From contig CM120643.1 in assembly GCA_051362555.1 (NCBI GenBank), positions 14,978,644 to 15,042,643 on the forward strand: a stretch of 64,000 bases of DNA. The letters run 5' to 3'. The notes under the pieces were generated by a model. That model saw only the letters and a program-made list of their open reading frames with translations, made no database searches and was not told where the DNA came from. This document shows positions 1 to 11,481 of the stretch, one piece after another (position 1 is the first letter of the stretch; each line of letters starts with the position of its first letter). Source of the stretch: Lingula anatina. Taxonomy: Eukaryota; Animalia; Brachiopoda. A program made the position numbers and the translations under genes.

Positions 1-2
1 TT

Positions 3-98
3 AGCAAGGCAGAAGAAAAGGCCCTGAAGAAATTCTCACTTGAGTTGTCCTTTTTGGAGAAGAAACTGGATAAGACTGGCCAACAGAGATTGCATTAA
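3..98 (+). CDS. possible 3' end of an unidentified plus-strand gene entering from the left edge
   Basis: Open frame SKAEEKALKKFSLELSFLEKKLDKTGQQRLH* ends at TAA 96-98, followed by AT-rich UTR-like sequence with AATAAA (~695, ~903). Too short to identify. Confidence 0.3.
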   Translation, partial: SKAEEKALKKFSLELSFLEKKLDKTGQQRLH

Positions 99-1786
99 AT
101 TAATAGTACTCCTTTATGACATTTTAAAATATTTTCAGTCACCTAACTGACTCTATACATGGCAAAATTGGACATAAATTTTATGTTACCGTTACGTGGA
201 AAAAAATTCAAAACCAATATATAAATTGTTGAGTGCCATGGTATAACAGTCTACCTGATTGCCAGTGAAATTTCTGTTTCAGTGAAATTTCTTTAAAGCA
301 GTCACTTACTGCTTACTTACCAGTTAATTTTTTCAGCTGTTACATTTTATAAATGTTCTTACTAAGTGTTATCTTGATCTATAATAACCTTTTGAAAATC
401 CCATGTTTTTTATCCTATTTGTAAGAATTAACCACTTTATCTTCGTGGATTTTTTTTTTCATTCGGCCCATTAGATTCTCAGACCTTGCTGGCCTGTAAG
501 TGGAATAGTATCTGGCACAGACTGGTATCAGCAAGTCAGATAAAAAAGAATATAATTATTTCTACTTGCACGGTTGAAAAAAATGCCATCATAGACTGCA
601 TAAAACTGGAAAACTGTAGCAACTTAATCATTCTTATGACTTCATTTATTACTGCTTATGTGTAAAATTTTTGTTTTTGTTCTTCTATTGATATAATAAA
701 ATGGTTTTACTCACAGATGCTACTTTCATGAGTATAGAGTATAGAGTGCTTGAGTATAGAGTTGACTTAAAAGATATTTTAAGTTAATATAGTAAATAAT
801 AGTTTGAAATTCAATATTCTCATCTTTATTTGTTTCACTTTAAAGAGCTCAGTGAATACTAAAATTTCTGATATATTTTGTACATAAATATATTTATGAA
901 TGAATAAAAATTATTCTTCATGTATAGCACTGTGCACTTGTTTACCGACAAATATGAACAGTGTTAGTACGTGTCAAATAATCCTGAAAAAAAGGGAAAT
1001 TTCCAAGATAAAGAAATTTATAACGAGTATTCAGTAAACTGACGTGTCGTGGCATTGCCTCAACCTTGGATTAAAATTTTAATTAAATGCATTATAATAT
1101 TAAAATTATACCGAGTGAGAGAAAAAATACTTTAAGAAATTTAAAACCAGACACAAAGCGTAGGCACTGTCACAATGTATATGTTTATGGGACCCAAGGG
1201 CAGGAGGTTCCAAACGTTAATGTTTTAATATTATGTCCTTTGGCAGTGAGGACAGACGTTCACTTGAATGTCATTTTCACAAACCACAGTTGGGACGTTT
1301 TCTTTTGACTTCTCCTTGGTGATTTTTCACCGGGTTGTGCCATAAAAAAGCCATCTATCACCGACTAAAAAAAGCTCATGGCGACCATCCTCAGTCATCA
1401 CCTTATAATCGCTTTCTATGATATCGTTCCCTTCCAGCACATCGTCCAAATAATTACCTGTGAAAAAAATCGTCAGCATACAGCGGCGCTTTGACATTAC
1501 TGATCTCGAATTCTAACGCGAAATAACGCATATGAAATTTATCTCCAAGCTGAGGAGAGCGACCCAGACGAAACCTTGAGACCGGAGGCCCCCCGTAGCT
1601 AGCTCCGCCCACCGTAACAGACATCGGACAATAGAAAGGCTTGCGTGTAATTTCCTTCTGTTATAACTCCTTGGTTAGGGTTAGTTTGACCTAAGTAGGT
1701 CAAAATCTAGGGCGAGGCTCACTTGTACAAATGAATGGGAAGCGGACTCTCTGTCATGGGGGACTTTCTGGTACATGTCACCGGTG

Positions 1787-2070
1787 ATGGCACAGAAATG
1801 GGAAAATTCTTGGTTTTGTCTAGTTTTGCTTGCATTATACATTTATATAAAATCTGATTCTCAAAAATAAATGCAATAGGCAAGTATTATGCTACAGGGA
1901 TGGGAGTGAGGTGTTCTTAAGAATAAAAAAATTGGGCCTTAATTCCCTCAGCAAATATAAAATAGTGCCAGTAGATAAGGACAATAATGGCACAAGGATG
2001 GAAAAAATCTTGGTTTTGACTAGTTTTGCTTGCTATATGCATTTATATAAAAAATTGGGCCTCAATTCCC

Positions 2071-2119
<49 letters not shown>

Positions 2120-2190
2120 TGCCAGTAGATAAGGATAACAATGGCACAGGAATGGGAAAAAACTAGTTTTTTTCTCGTTTTACTTGTGTT
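1787..2190. repeat. degenerate direct repeat (3 copies) with embedded poly-A tract
   Basis: ATGGCACA..ATGG(G)AAAA..TTTT motif at ~1787, ~1987 and ~2141. AAATTGGGCCT..GTGCCAGTAGATAAGGA occurs twice. A-run at 2076-2116. Confidence 0.7.
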
Positions 2191-2341
2191 ATAGTCAAGA
2201 ACATATACATTTATACACAATGTACCCCTTCGTTAACATTAAGAGGTGTTAGGTTCTTAAATCTACAGTGGGATTTATTTAAGTAAGATAGTTACTTCTC
2301 TAATTTGACTCAGGAAAGTCTAGGTAACGGCTCGAGTTATT

Positions 2342-2497
2342 CCTGGGGCTCCGTAACTTAAAAGCATCGCGTATTGCGAACGGCGATGTCACATAGAGGC
2401 TACAGTGTATTACATGGGGCGAGCATGGGCAAGTAATGGAATCGAGACGCTTGCGCTCGGTCGCAATGCGCGCTGCTTTCGAGTTACGGGGCCCGGG
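2342..2497. mobile_element. small MITE-like foldback element
   Basis: CCTGGGGCTCCGTAACTTAAAAGCATCGCGTATTGCGA (2342-) is an imperfect reverse complement of TCGCAATGCGCGCTGCTTTCGAGTTACGGGGCCCGGG (-2497). Confidence 0.6.
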
Positions 2498-5399
2498 AGA
2501 GCAAAGTAACGCAGCACCACAGCTTTGTATCCAAAAACCAAAATTCAACTCATTACCTGGACATCGGCTAGTTTTATGGAAGAAATTGGAGTGACAGAAA
2601 TAGTGACGAGATTGTAAAAGTTTAAGTGAGAGGCGAAAGAGGATAATTTCTACTAATGATTAAACGAGCATACATGCGAGTCCATTTAAATTTATTTGCA
2701 AGTCTCGCTTTTTTTTAGCGATCTGTACACGACCACTTTTTTTACAAAAAAAAAAAAATAAAATAAAATAAAATAAAAAGAAAGAAAGAAAATTATAGAA
2801 TATTTTTTATTCAACTATTATGTACAATTTTGAATATTTACAGTTGATTTAAAAAGGACTAATAATCAGTAATGAACTACGTAAACGCAATGAATTAATA
2901 CATAGCAGTATTATCAAAAGTTCCAAGATTTTCCATCGTCTTCACCTAGCGTCGGAACGCACACAGTCCGATAATGCAGGTCTTGTGGTCGGAAACTGGT
3001 ACCAGATGCTCTCGGGCCGTGGGGAAAAACCCGTCTAAACCCTTCGTGGGGAATGCCGGGAAAGTGCCCACGCCCGGATAATTCGGTCCTTATAACATGA
3101 CGAAATCGGTTTCTATTGGCACGGCGCTGCGTACAGTTCAAGAATCGTCCCGTTTTAGACAGCGTGACGGAATAACCTTTGTGTTGACTAACTATTATCT
3201 ATATATACTATACACGAGGTGAAGCATAAAAACTTATTAAAGTAATTCTTACAGAAAAAGGCACTGAAGCCAATAAAAAACTAACAAGAGACATAACAAT
3301 TAAACAACCATTTTGACTTTATCTTGGAGAATTAAAACCATAAATAAAGTTAATCATTTTACAACTGCAAGCATCTTTCAAAACTTGATTATAGTTCTCT
3401 TTATGATAAAATGCAAACAGATTCAAGTAATATGATTAAAACTCGGGAATATCAATGATTTCAACTAAACTTTGATATATAATTCGACTTAAAATACCAG
3501 GTTTCTAAAATGTAACTTTGCACTGAAATCGCAACTACCTGCATGATACAAGTACAGAATAAAGCAAGCTTGCTTCAAAATATTTCGGATCTCACATTAC
3601 ACTGTATGACCGCCCATGTAAATTTCAATCTGAATTTTTTTGATCCGGAGAAAAGGTGCATATGTGATGAAGTGGATGTATTTGTCAAGTATAACACTTG
3701 AGAAAATCTGAATATTAGTAATGTGATCTCTATCTTGAGAGATGACAGCATCTCTCAAGAAGAGCAGACTGTACAAAAATATAATGAAATATTTTCTCAC
3801 ACGTAAAATATTTCATTACAGATTTTGCACAAACTATCAATGTAAAATCTCTTCATGTAAAAGCGTTTACATGAAGTCAGATTTTACAAAGATGTGAGGG
3901 TTTGTTAGTAAGGTTAGTGTGCAGGTTAAGACCTTTTCAAATGCCATACTGACAAACAACTCCACATCATCAAAAGCACAAATTTGAAAAATGACCATCT
4001 CAGATTGAAACAAAACACAGACGACCACAAGTGGTGGGAATGTTTTTGTGAGCAAAAAACTATCTGCATTCAGAATATGGATAAAGCAACTATATTCAAA
4101 TTTATTAATATAATAATTATAGCAACTGTAGAGGTAGACTTTTCCTACAGAAGCACACATCTTATTCAATTGATCTTGTATGGAATGAAGAATTATCTTG
4201 AACCTCAGTTTTCTCTTCTGTTATTGAAATAAAATGGTTCACTGCATAAGGCATAAAATACAAATGACATTTGATGCAATTTCACCTTGACATGTTTGTG
4301 ACCCATGAACCCCAAATATTCTCAGCATCCAAAAGACTGATACATTATTAGACTGTATTCCCACTACATTCAGTACTGTATATTGCCTTCATTACCATTC
4401 CACATTCTTTATATTTGTTTGCAGAACAAGCCATGTCCTTCAACACCAAAACTCGTGGGATGTTCGAGCATCCATGAAAGTGTCCACAGGGCTCCTTGCT
4501 AACGCTGTACAGTGTTCAACATCTTGGACATTTGGTCTTGGGTCGACGTTATCTGACATCATGCAGGCGTTATTATTGGAAAACTCCCAATTCGTAGCCT
4601 ACAAATGAAATCCAACTTTTACTCAAAGGTATGAAAAGCTATATCGAAAACTTGCAGTAACTGCAACAAAGAAAGTATATCACTGGTATTTACACACCGT
4701 TAACATTAATGAAAAGCTTGGTTCTTAAAATGATCAGAGCGTTATTTCCAAATGTACAGTGAAATATGCTTTCTTTATTGAAATATATATATTAACTTTT
4801 TAGAGTAAGTAGACAGCAGTCTTCAAAAAATAAATTATTTCAAACATTTGACAAAAAAGTAATAAAAGATGTTGCTATATTGAATATTGTAATGTTAGCC
4901 TACATGTTAAATTGTTGACTGTCTGTGCTACTTCTAATTCTACTGTTTGTTTACATAGGATATAGTTTTTGATCACTGTCAATAATAAGAAATGCCATAA
5001 TACACCAATAATAATACTTAAAAAATTCAGAACCACTTTTCTTAAGTTGTTGATCCCCAATAACTTACAAAGTTATCTGTATAAAGATCCTTCTATCCTG
5101 AAGAAGTGTTTCATCTGGAGGTTTGGTAGTTGCAATCTTCATTTTTAGAATCCACCACTTTTGGTAGCCTGCAAATTTAAATTATTACTTCAAAATGTAA
5201 TAAAAGTCAACCATCTGTATATGAAATGTGTTTTTAAAGTTTCAGCAGTTTGATGGGAAATAAATATAAAAAGCACTTTTGTCACAAACTTGGAAAAGAC
5301 ATTCAAGCGAAATATTTTGACATGCCACTGCCGACCTTCAGACTTAATGTCACAATGGGGTATTGCACAAATTAGTTTTAACGAAGGAAAAGGAACACT

Positions 5400-5775
5400 A
5401 ACAGCATTTAAACGACTCTACTCAAAGACAAGTTTAAGTAAAGCCTGAACAATCTAGATCCAGCGGGAGGAGTGTACTAGTATTCCATCAAGTGTTTAAT
5501 TTGTGAAGGATTTATATGGGAGAGACAAAGAGAAAGTTGAACGTTAGAGTTAAAGAACACGGGAAGGAATAAGAAAGGGTACCCGAAGAGGGAAAAATAC
5601 ACTACTGCCCAAGGTAGCCTTCTGCTACAACGAACCATCACAAAAAAACATTGATTGGGAGAGTGCCAAGATTCTACAAAAAGAAAGTGACTGGAGAACA
5701 AGAGGCGCAAAGGGAGGCATATAAACCAGGAAAATGCCTAACAATCTGAACAATATAGAGAGATGGAAATAAATA
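5400..5775 (+). mobile_element. degenerate Penelope-like element fragment (GIY-YIG endonuclease)
   Basis: Frameshifted translation gives YSIKCLICEG / YMGETKRKLNVRVKEH / NIDWESAKILQKESDWRTRGAK. This matches the Penelope GIY-YIG pattern VYxIxCxxC..YIGETxRxLxxRxxEH..IDWxxxxIL. Confidence 0.75.
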
Positions 5776-5814
5776 CTCACTTCTACGGTGGCCTTTTATT
5801 ACCACAACCACAGC

Positions 5815-6640
5815 ACTGGAGGTGGGGGTGGTAGCTGCTAGTATACAATTTCTGGACCAGTGACAACGTCCCGGAGTCACATTGGTGGTGGGTGTTGGGG
5901 GCGGTAGCTCCAAGTAATCTGGACCAGTACCCACGCCCTGGAGTCACATTGGTGGTGGTGGGTGTTGGGGGCGGTAGCTCCAAGTAATCTGGACCAGTAA
6001 CCACGCCCTGGAGTCTCATTGGTGGTGGTGGGTGGTGGGGGCGGTAGCTCCAAGTAATCTGGACCACTGACCACGCCTCGGAGTCACATTGTTGGTGGTG
6101 GGTGGTGGGGGCGGTAGCTCCAAGTAATCTGGACCACTGACCACGCCTCGGAGTCACATTGTTGGTGGTGGGTGGTGGGGGCGGTAGCTCCAAGTAATCT
6201 GGACCAGTGACCACGCCCCGGAGTCACATTGGTGGCGGTGGGTGGTGGGGGCGGTAGCTCCAAGTAATCTGGACCAGTGACCACGCCCCGGAGTCACATT
6301 GGTGGCGGTGGGTGGTGGGGGCAGTAGCTCCAAGTAATCTGGACCAGTGACCACACCTCGGAGTCACATTGTTGGTGGTGGGTGGTGGGGGCGGTAGCTC
6401 CAAGTAATCTGGACCAGTGACCACGCCCCGGAGTCACATTGGTGGCGGTGGGTGGTGGGGGCGGTAGCTCCAAGTAATCTGGACCAGTGACCACGCCCCG
6501 GAGTCACATTGGTGGCGGTGGGTGGTGGGGGCAGTAGCTCCAAGTAATCTGGACCAGTGACCACACCTTGGAGTCACATTGGTGGTGGTGGGTGGTGGGG
6601 GCGGTAGCTCCAAGTGATCTGGACCATTGACAACGTCCTG
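5815..6640. repeat. 70-bp G-rich minisatellite, ~12 copies
   Basis: Unit GGAGTCACATTGGTGGTGGTGGGTGGTGGGGGCGGTAGCTCCAAGTAATCTGGACCAGTGACCACGCCCC. GGACCA recurs at 5921, 5991, 6061 ... 6621 (period 70). Confidence 0.97.
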
Positions 6641-8096
6641 CAGAATATTGAGACTGTTGAGGATCTGAAAGTTGACGAATGGCATGTCAAAATATTTTGT
6701 ATGAATGATAAGGTTTTTCCACATCTGTGACAAATTAAAAGAGCTTTTTACCTGTGAAAAATGAGCACTGAATTTGCTAGAGTAAATTGTAAATAGAAAA
6801 CAAATGCCTGCACCGAGTGACAGGTCCCAAACATTCTTAAAACAATTGTCTAAGACCTTGCACAAAATGCTCAGTTTGTTGGAGTTGCACTGATAAAAGA
6901 TTTGTATTATCTATACAATGAATGACAATCTAATTCATTTACCCTTATCCTGTCCCATAACTTACCTTGAATGCTCTCTAATCACAACTACTGAAGGGCT
7001 CTTGAAACACTATATGATATAGCTGACATGGCTTTCTCCATTTTAGCCTTGTTAACCTTGTTAAAATGGACCGTCATCAGGACAGGCGCTCGCCAATGCT
7101 ATCTGCCTCAACTACAAAATAAAAAATTATAAGTCAAAAGTTTCCCTCTTTACTTCTCCCACCCAAATCCAATCTACTAACCATAAATATCTTAATCCTA
7201 GGAGTGGGTCATGGGTAAAAGACATTGCCTTCTGAATGTGAGCTGTCAAAATAATGTGGCTAACGGTTTTTAGTTTTTCAAGGTATGAAAAATCACTTAA
7301 TTGTTTTATTTTCCCCCAAAAACATGAGTGATATGTACCTTTTAAGGCTTGATAGGTTTCCATCTCTTTGAAACGCCTTATGCTTCTGATGCTCCCCCAT
7401 GCAGCCCCCTAACATACAGACCATGGCAGGACTCAACCATGCACCAAGGATTGAATGCGACCCTCTTCTTGCACCTCTTTCAAAAAAGCGGGACTTTACC
7501 AGGAATTGCCCTAATTGAGTTCTGTAAATAGAAAGGAAAATTTGATTAGTTTTCAAAAATTGTATATCAAAAGCAGTCTGCAGCCAGAAAAATTGTTGGA
7601 ATCGGTAGATTTCCAGAATGTGTCAATTTGGTGACATGGCTGTTAGATTTTTTCTATAAGTTTGAAGAAGAGCTTTTGATTTATTTTAAATGTAACTGTT
7701 ACATCATGATTCGAGAAAAATGTCAAGGTCTTGTTAATACAAATATTAATGCAATCCAGTCTAGTCCTACTGAACTTTGTATTCGAACCAGTGAATCAAG
7801 ATTCAGACATCTATATCTAGTTTTTAGGAAAGAAGGTGGACTGAATGGCCAGTAGGGTGAAAAGTTTATGGCACAGACTGCTGCTGAAAAATTAATTTTA
7901 GTGTATTGTTCTCGCCAGTAACACGGGTTACCTTGCAGGTTTTTCCGCCTCAGTGAAACACCATATGCTTCAGACGCTTCTCCAATGCAGCCTCTTCAAC
8001 AGACCGTGGCAGGACTCACTGGCACCAAGGATTGAGGGATGTATCGGAAGTGTGCACGTGGCCCTCTTCTCCTTGCAGTTGCCATGAAACGTTGGA

Positions 8097-8425
8097 CAGG
8101 ACTCGCTGGACGCTTCCTAGTGCAGCCACCTCGTAGACGGACCATGGCAGGACTCGCTGGACGCTTCCCCAGTGCAGCCACCTCGTAGACGGACCATGGC
8201 AGGACTCGCTGGACGCTTCCCAGTGCAGCCACCTCGCAGATAGACCATGGCAGGACTTGCTGGACGCTTCCCCAGTGCAGCCACCTCGCAGATAGACCAT
8301 GGCACGACTCGCCGGACGCTTCCTTAATGCAGCCACCTCGTAGACAGGCCATGACAGGACTCGCTGGACGTTTCCCCAGTGCAGCCACATCAAAGAGACA
8401 GACCATGGCAGGACTCGCTGGCACC
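8097..8425. repeat. 51-52-bp minisatellite, ~6 copies, with dispersed relatives
   Basis: Unit GGCAGGACTCGCTGGACGCTTCCCCAGTGCAGCCACCTCGTAGACGGACCAT. Related copies at ~7380-7450, ~7965-8030 and ~8586-8655. Confidence 0.95.
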
Positions 8426-8713
8426 AAGGAATGGTCAAAGTAGCTTAAGTGTAGATGCGGGACGTCTCCTTGCAGTTGTGTTCTGTCAACAGAAAGAAAA
8501 ATGAATTAATGACTTTTCACACTATGTCAGCACTCTGCAGTCAGGCTTACCTTTAAGTGGTTTCCATCTCATTGAAACACCATATGGCAGGACTCGCTGG
8601 ACGCTTCCCCTGTGCAGCCACCTCGTAGACAGACCATGGCAGGACTCGCTGGCTCCAAGGGATGGTCGAAGTAGCTTAAGTGTAGATGTGGGGTGTCTCC
8701 TTGCAGTTGTGTC

Positions 8714-9514
8714 CTGTAAACAGAAATAAAAACGATATTAGATATCTTTCATTTCTCAAACTCCCCTTCCAAAAAGAAAAATAGATTACATACCTTAAGG
8801 AGTGTAGTCGAAGTCCCACAGGTGGCGCCCATCATCTTCTATGTCCTGTAAACAGAAATAAAAACGAGATTAGATTTCTTTCATTTCTCAAACTCCCCTT
8901 CCAAAAAGAAAAAAGATTACATACCTTAAGGAGTGTAGTCGAAGTCCCACAGGTGGCGCCCATCATCTTCTATGTCCTGTAAACAGAAATAAAAACGAGA
9001 TTAGATTTCTTTCATTTCTCAAACTTCCCTTCCAAAAAGAAAAAAAGATTACATACCTTAAGGAGTGTAGTCGAAGTCCCACAGGTGGCGCCCATCATCT
9101 TCTATGTCCTGTAAACAGAAATAAAAACGAGATTAGATTTCTTTCATTTCTCAAACCCCCCTTCCAAAAAGAAAAAAGATTACATACCTTAAGGAGTGTA
9201 GTCGAAGTCCCACAGGTGGCGCCCATCATCTTCTATGTCCTGTAAACAGAAATAAAAACGAGATTAGATTTCTTTCATTTCTCAAACCCCCCTTCCAAAA
9301 AGAAAAAAAGATTACATACCTTAAGGAGTGTAGTCGAAGTCCCACAGGTGGCGCCCATCATCTTCTATGTCCTGTAAACAGAAATAAAAACGAGATTAGA
9401 TTTCTTTCATTTCTCAAACCCCCCTTCCAAAAAGAAAAAAAGATTACATACCTTAAAGAGTGTAGTCGAAGTCCCACAGGTGGCGCCCACCAGTTTGCAG
9501 TCTGCTTCCTGGAC
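8714..9514 (-). repeat. 131-132-bp tandem array of exon(52 nt)+intron(79-80 nt) units
   Basis: TACCTTAA at 8791, 8922, 9054, 9185, 9317 and 9449. On the minus strand each unit reads AG|GTATGT donor, CTAAT branch point, TTTTTATTTCTGTTTACAG acceptor, then a 52-nt exon. Confidence 0.95.
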
Positions 9515-10459
9515 CTGTAATAAAAAGAAACCTGGAAAGCATGGGAATATGCAATGACACTACGACTCCAGCCCACGACAGCAAAAAGGTGAAGTATCCT
9601 GCGAAGATGACCGAGCGACGATTCTTCGTGGGGAGAAGCGAAGATTTTAGCTGGCCAGCTAAGAGAAACGCCGAATCCACCGTCTAGACGTCTGCGTGTG
9701 CAGGGAACAATATGTCGAAGAGCGATGCGTTGACGTAGGATGAGTAGAAGATTCGGAGAAATGGGAGTCGACTCCCGTGTCCTTTGTGCTTGATACAGGG
9801 CGCAGCACATGGCATCCGTCCTGTTGCTCTAGATCTGTCCGCTGTTGAGTGAACGCACTTTTAAAATTTTGCGCTTTTATACCTTTGTTGACGTAAAGTC
9901 ACATGATGGCGTTCTTGTTGTCACCAATGGTCAACTTGTTCAAAGGGGATGGCCTTTGATAGTGATGCGCAAAGTTGGTAATAATATCTTATCAACATAT
10001 ACATTTTCTTTTATATTTTATATTTTTATTATTCTGCCTGTCAGTTTGTTTATAATAAGAGTAATAAGTTCTAAGCAATGTCTGTGAAATGTTCAGGCAA
10101 ATTTGATGAGAATTTCTGAGCAACATACCTTCTCCCTAAAATTTTTATAGGTACGATGTCCGTTAAGCTGGTAGCTGTGAACTTCTCGCAGGCTACTTTA
10201 GTGTGCGTGTTTTTGAACACTGATCCAAAATGTGGATAATGTAATTTAGGGTGACTAATTTAGGCTGACGTAGGGTGACTGCATTTTTGAGGCAGCCTGA
10301 GGGAGTATGGTTGTTCTGATTGTAGTGAATTGTAGAGAGACAATTGGAAGTACACTGGACTTAGCATGTTCAGTCACCCAAGTACTCTGAAACACATTTT
10401 GTAATCAGCTGACTTGTTATTCTGAAAAATGAAAAAACAAATTATATTGATTTACAAAA

Positions 10460-10672
10460 CTGGAAGATAGAAGCAGTGGATCATATTACTTATGCCAGGC
10501 AGAAGAAACGACTGAATGTATATTTTTATATTCAAAACGTCTACTGATTTAGGTAATAATTAATAGCCTGGAAGATAGCAGCAGTGGATCATATTACTAA
10601 TGCAAGGCAGAAGAAACGAGTGAATGTATATGTCTATATTCAAAACGTCTACTGATTTAGGTAATAATTAAC
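10460..10672. repeat. ~108-bp tandem duplication
   Basis: CTGGAAGATAG..GCAGTGGATCATATTACT..AGGCAGAAGAAACGA..TTCAAAACGTCTACTGATTTAGGTAATAATTAA at 10460 and 10568. Confidence 0.9.
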
Positions 10673-11195
10673 AACTGACGTCTCCCTTCATGGCGTCGGG
10701 TTATCAGTACTCCCACACCAGTAACATGAGTTATGAGTTGAGCAGAAACAGAAAAAGATTTTTTATAAAGATAATGCAAGTATATGTGTAGGCCCATTTA
10801 TCTTTTTTTATATTACTAAACGTAAGAATTGTTTTTCCAAGTGAAACTTTACTTACATCAGCCTAGCAACTAAATCTGACGTTTAAACGTCTCCGAAAAT
10901 AACTAGAATTTTTTGAATAACGCAATAATGCGGCCACCTTCGAGGTGTCGCCCGGTTTTAAAAATTGAAAAAAGAAACTTTTCGGGGCGTCTTTTGTCGC
11001 GGGTCATTATTTTCAGTTGTTTGATGTTTTTTTTGTAATATTTTAGCCATTGATAGAATCTATAATTCAGTTACATCCACGATTAGCTAGACGAAATGGT
11101 GACAGGGAAAAGTCAAATTTTTTAAACGGCAAAAACTGCATTCTCTTAGAAAGCAATTAGCAAACATTCATTACTGTGAAAAATTCAATCGAAGT

Positions 11196-11481
11196 TGAAG
11201 ACAAAATGTGTCAAAAATAAACGTGCATGTCGTAATACCTATTTAAAGCAGTCTAATTTTTGTTAGTATTAAAAACGTGTAAATATTATCCACATAGGAT
11301 ATTTTTAAAGCCTTCGATATTTAAAATATTTAAACTTCCCATACTTTGAGGCATGCATGAGTCGGAAAATGTTTGCATAATTACATAAAAAACTAGAATT
11401 ATCTCTTTATGTGCCTTACATCATTCCCTTCAACCCTTTCCCAATATCGATTTCAGATATTTTTGACACATTTTGTCTTCA
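11196..11481. repeat. 24-bp perfect inverted repeat pair (probable DNA-transposon subterminal relic)
   Basis: TGAAGACAAAATGTGTCAAAAATA (11196-11219) and its reverse complement (11458-11481). Partial copy at ~11730. Confidence 0.6.

Larger units (their letters stand above)
4425..10920 (-). ncRNA. candidate multi-exon spliced non-coding transcript built from duplicated exons
   Basis: Minus-strand units with canonical AG/GT ends: 10129-10421, 9452-9514, 9320-9371, 9188-9239, 9057-9108, 8925-8976, 8794-8845, 8551-8713, 7932-8482, 7339-7521, 6966-7111, 5781-6637 (start uncertain) and 5069-5168. There is also an acceptor at 4598 and a GTAAGT donor at 10856. The 52-nt exons and the 6966-7111 exon have stops in all three frames. 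No expression evidence is available. Confidence 0.5.

Noticed and set aside
1225-1460. Minus-strand coding-looking fragments (NYLDDVLEGNDIIESDYK; VCPHCQRT*)
   Set aside because: Short, interrupted by stops, and cannot be joined into a gene model or assigned to a family.
5674-6865. Stack of proline-rich ORFs (GPDYLELPPPPPT...)
   Set aside because: Artefact of the 70-bp repeat. The period is not divisible by 3, and a TGA is hit every third monomer.
7996-8438. 143-aa and 140-aa overlapping ORFs
   Set aside because: Produced by a stop-free 51-52-bp repeat read through shifting frames, with no recognisable domain.
8714-9514. CRISPR array or spliced-leader RNA gene array
   Set aside because: The context is eukaryotic, with no unique spacers and no cas genes. 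Each unit has its own branch point and acceptor and no canonical Sm site, which fits cis exon-intron duplication.
9358-9810. 150-aa ORF
   Set aside because: It runs through two predicted introns of the repeat array and has no recognisable domain.
4425-10920. snoRNA host gene
   Set aside because: I could not see paired C/D boxes with terminal stems or H/ACA hairpins in the introns by eye. A snoscan/Infernal run would be needed to exclude this fully.
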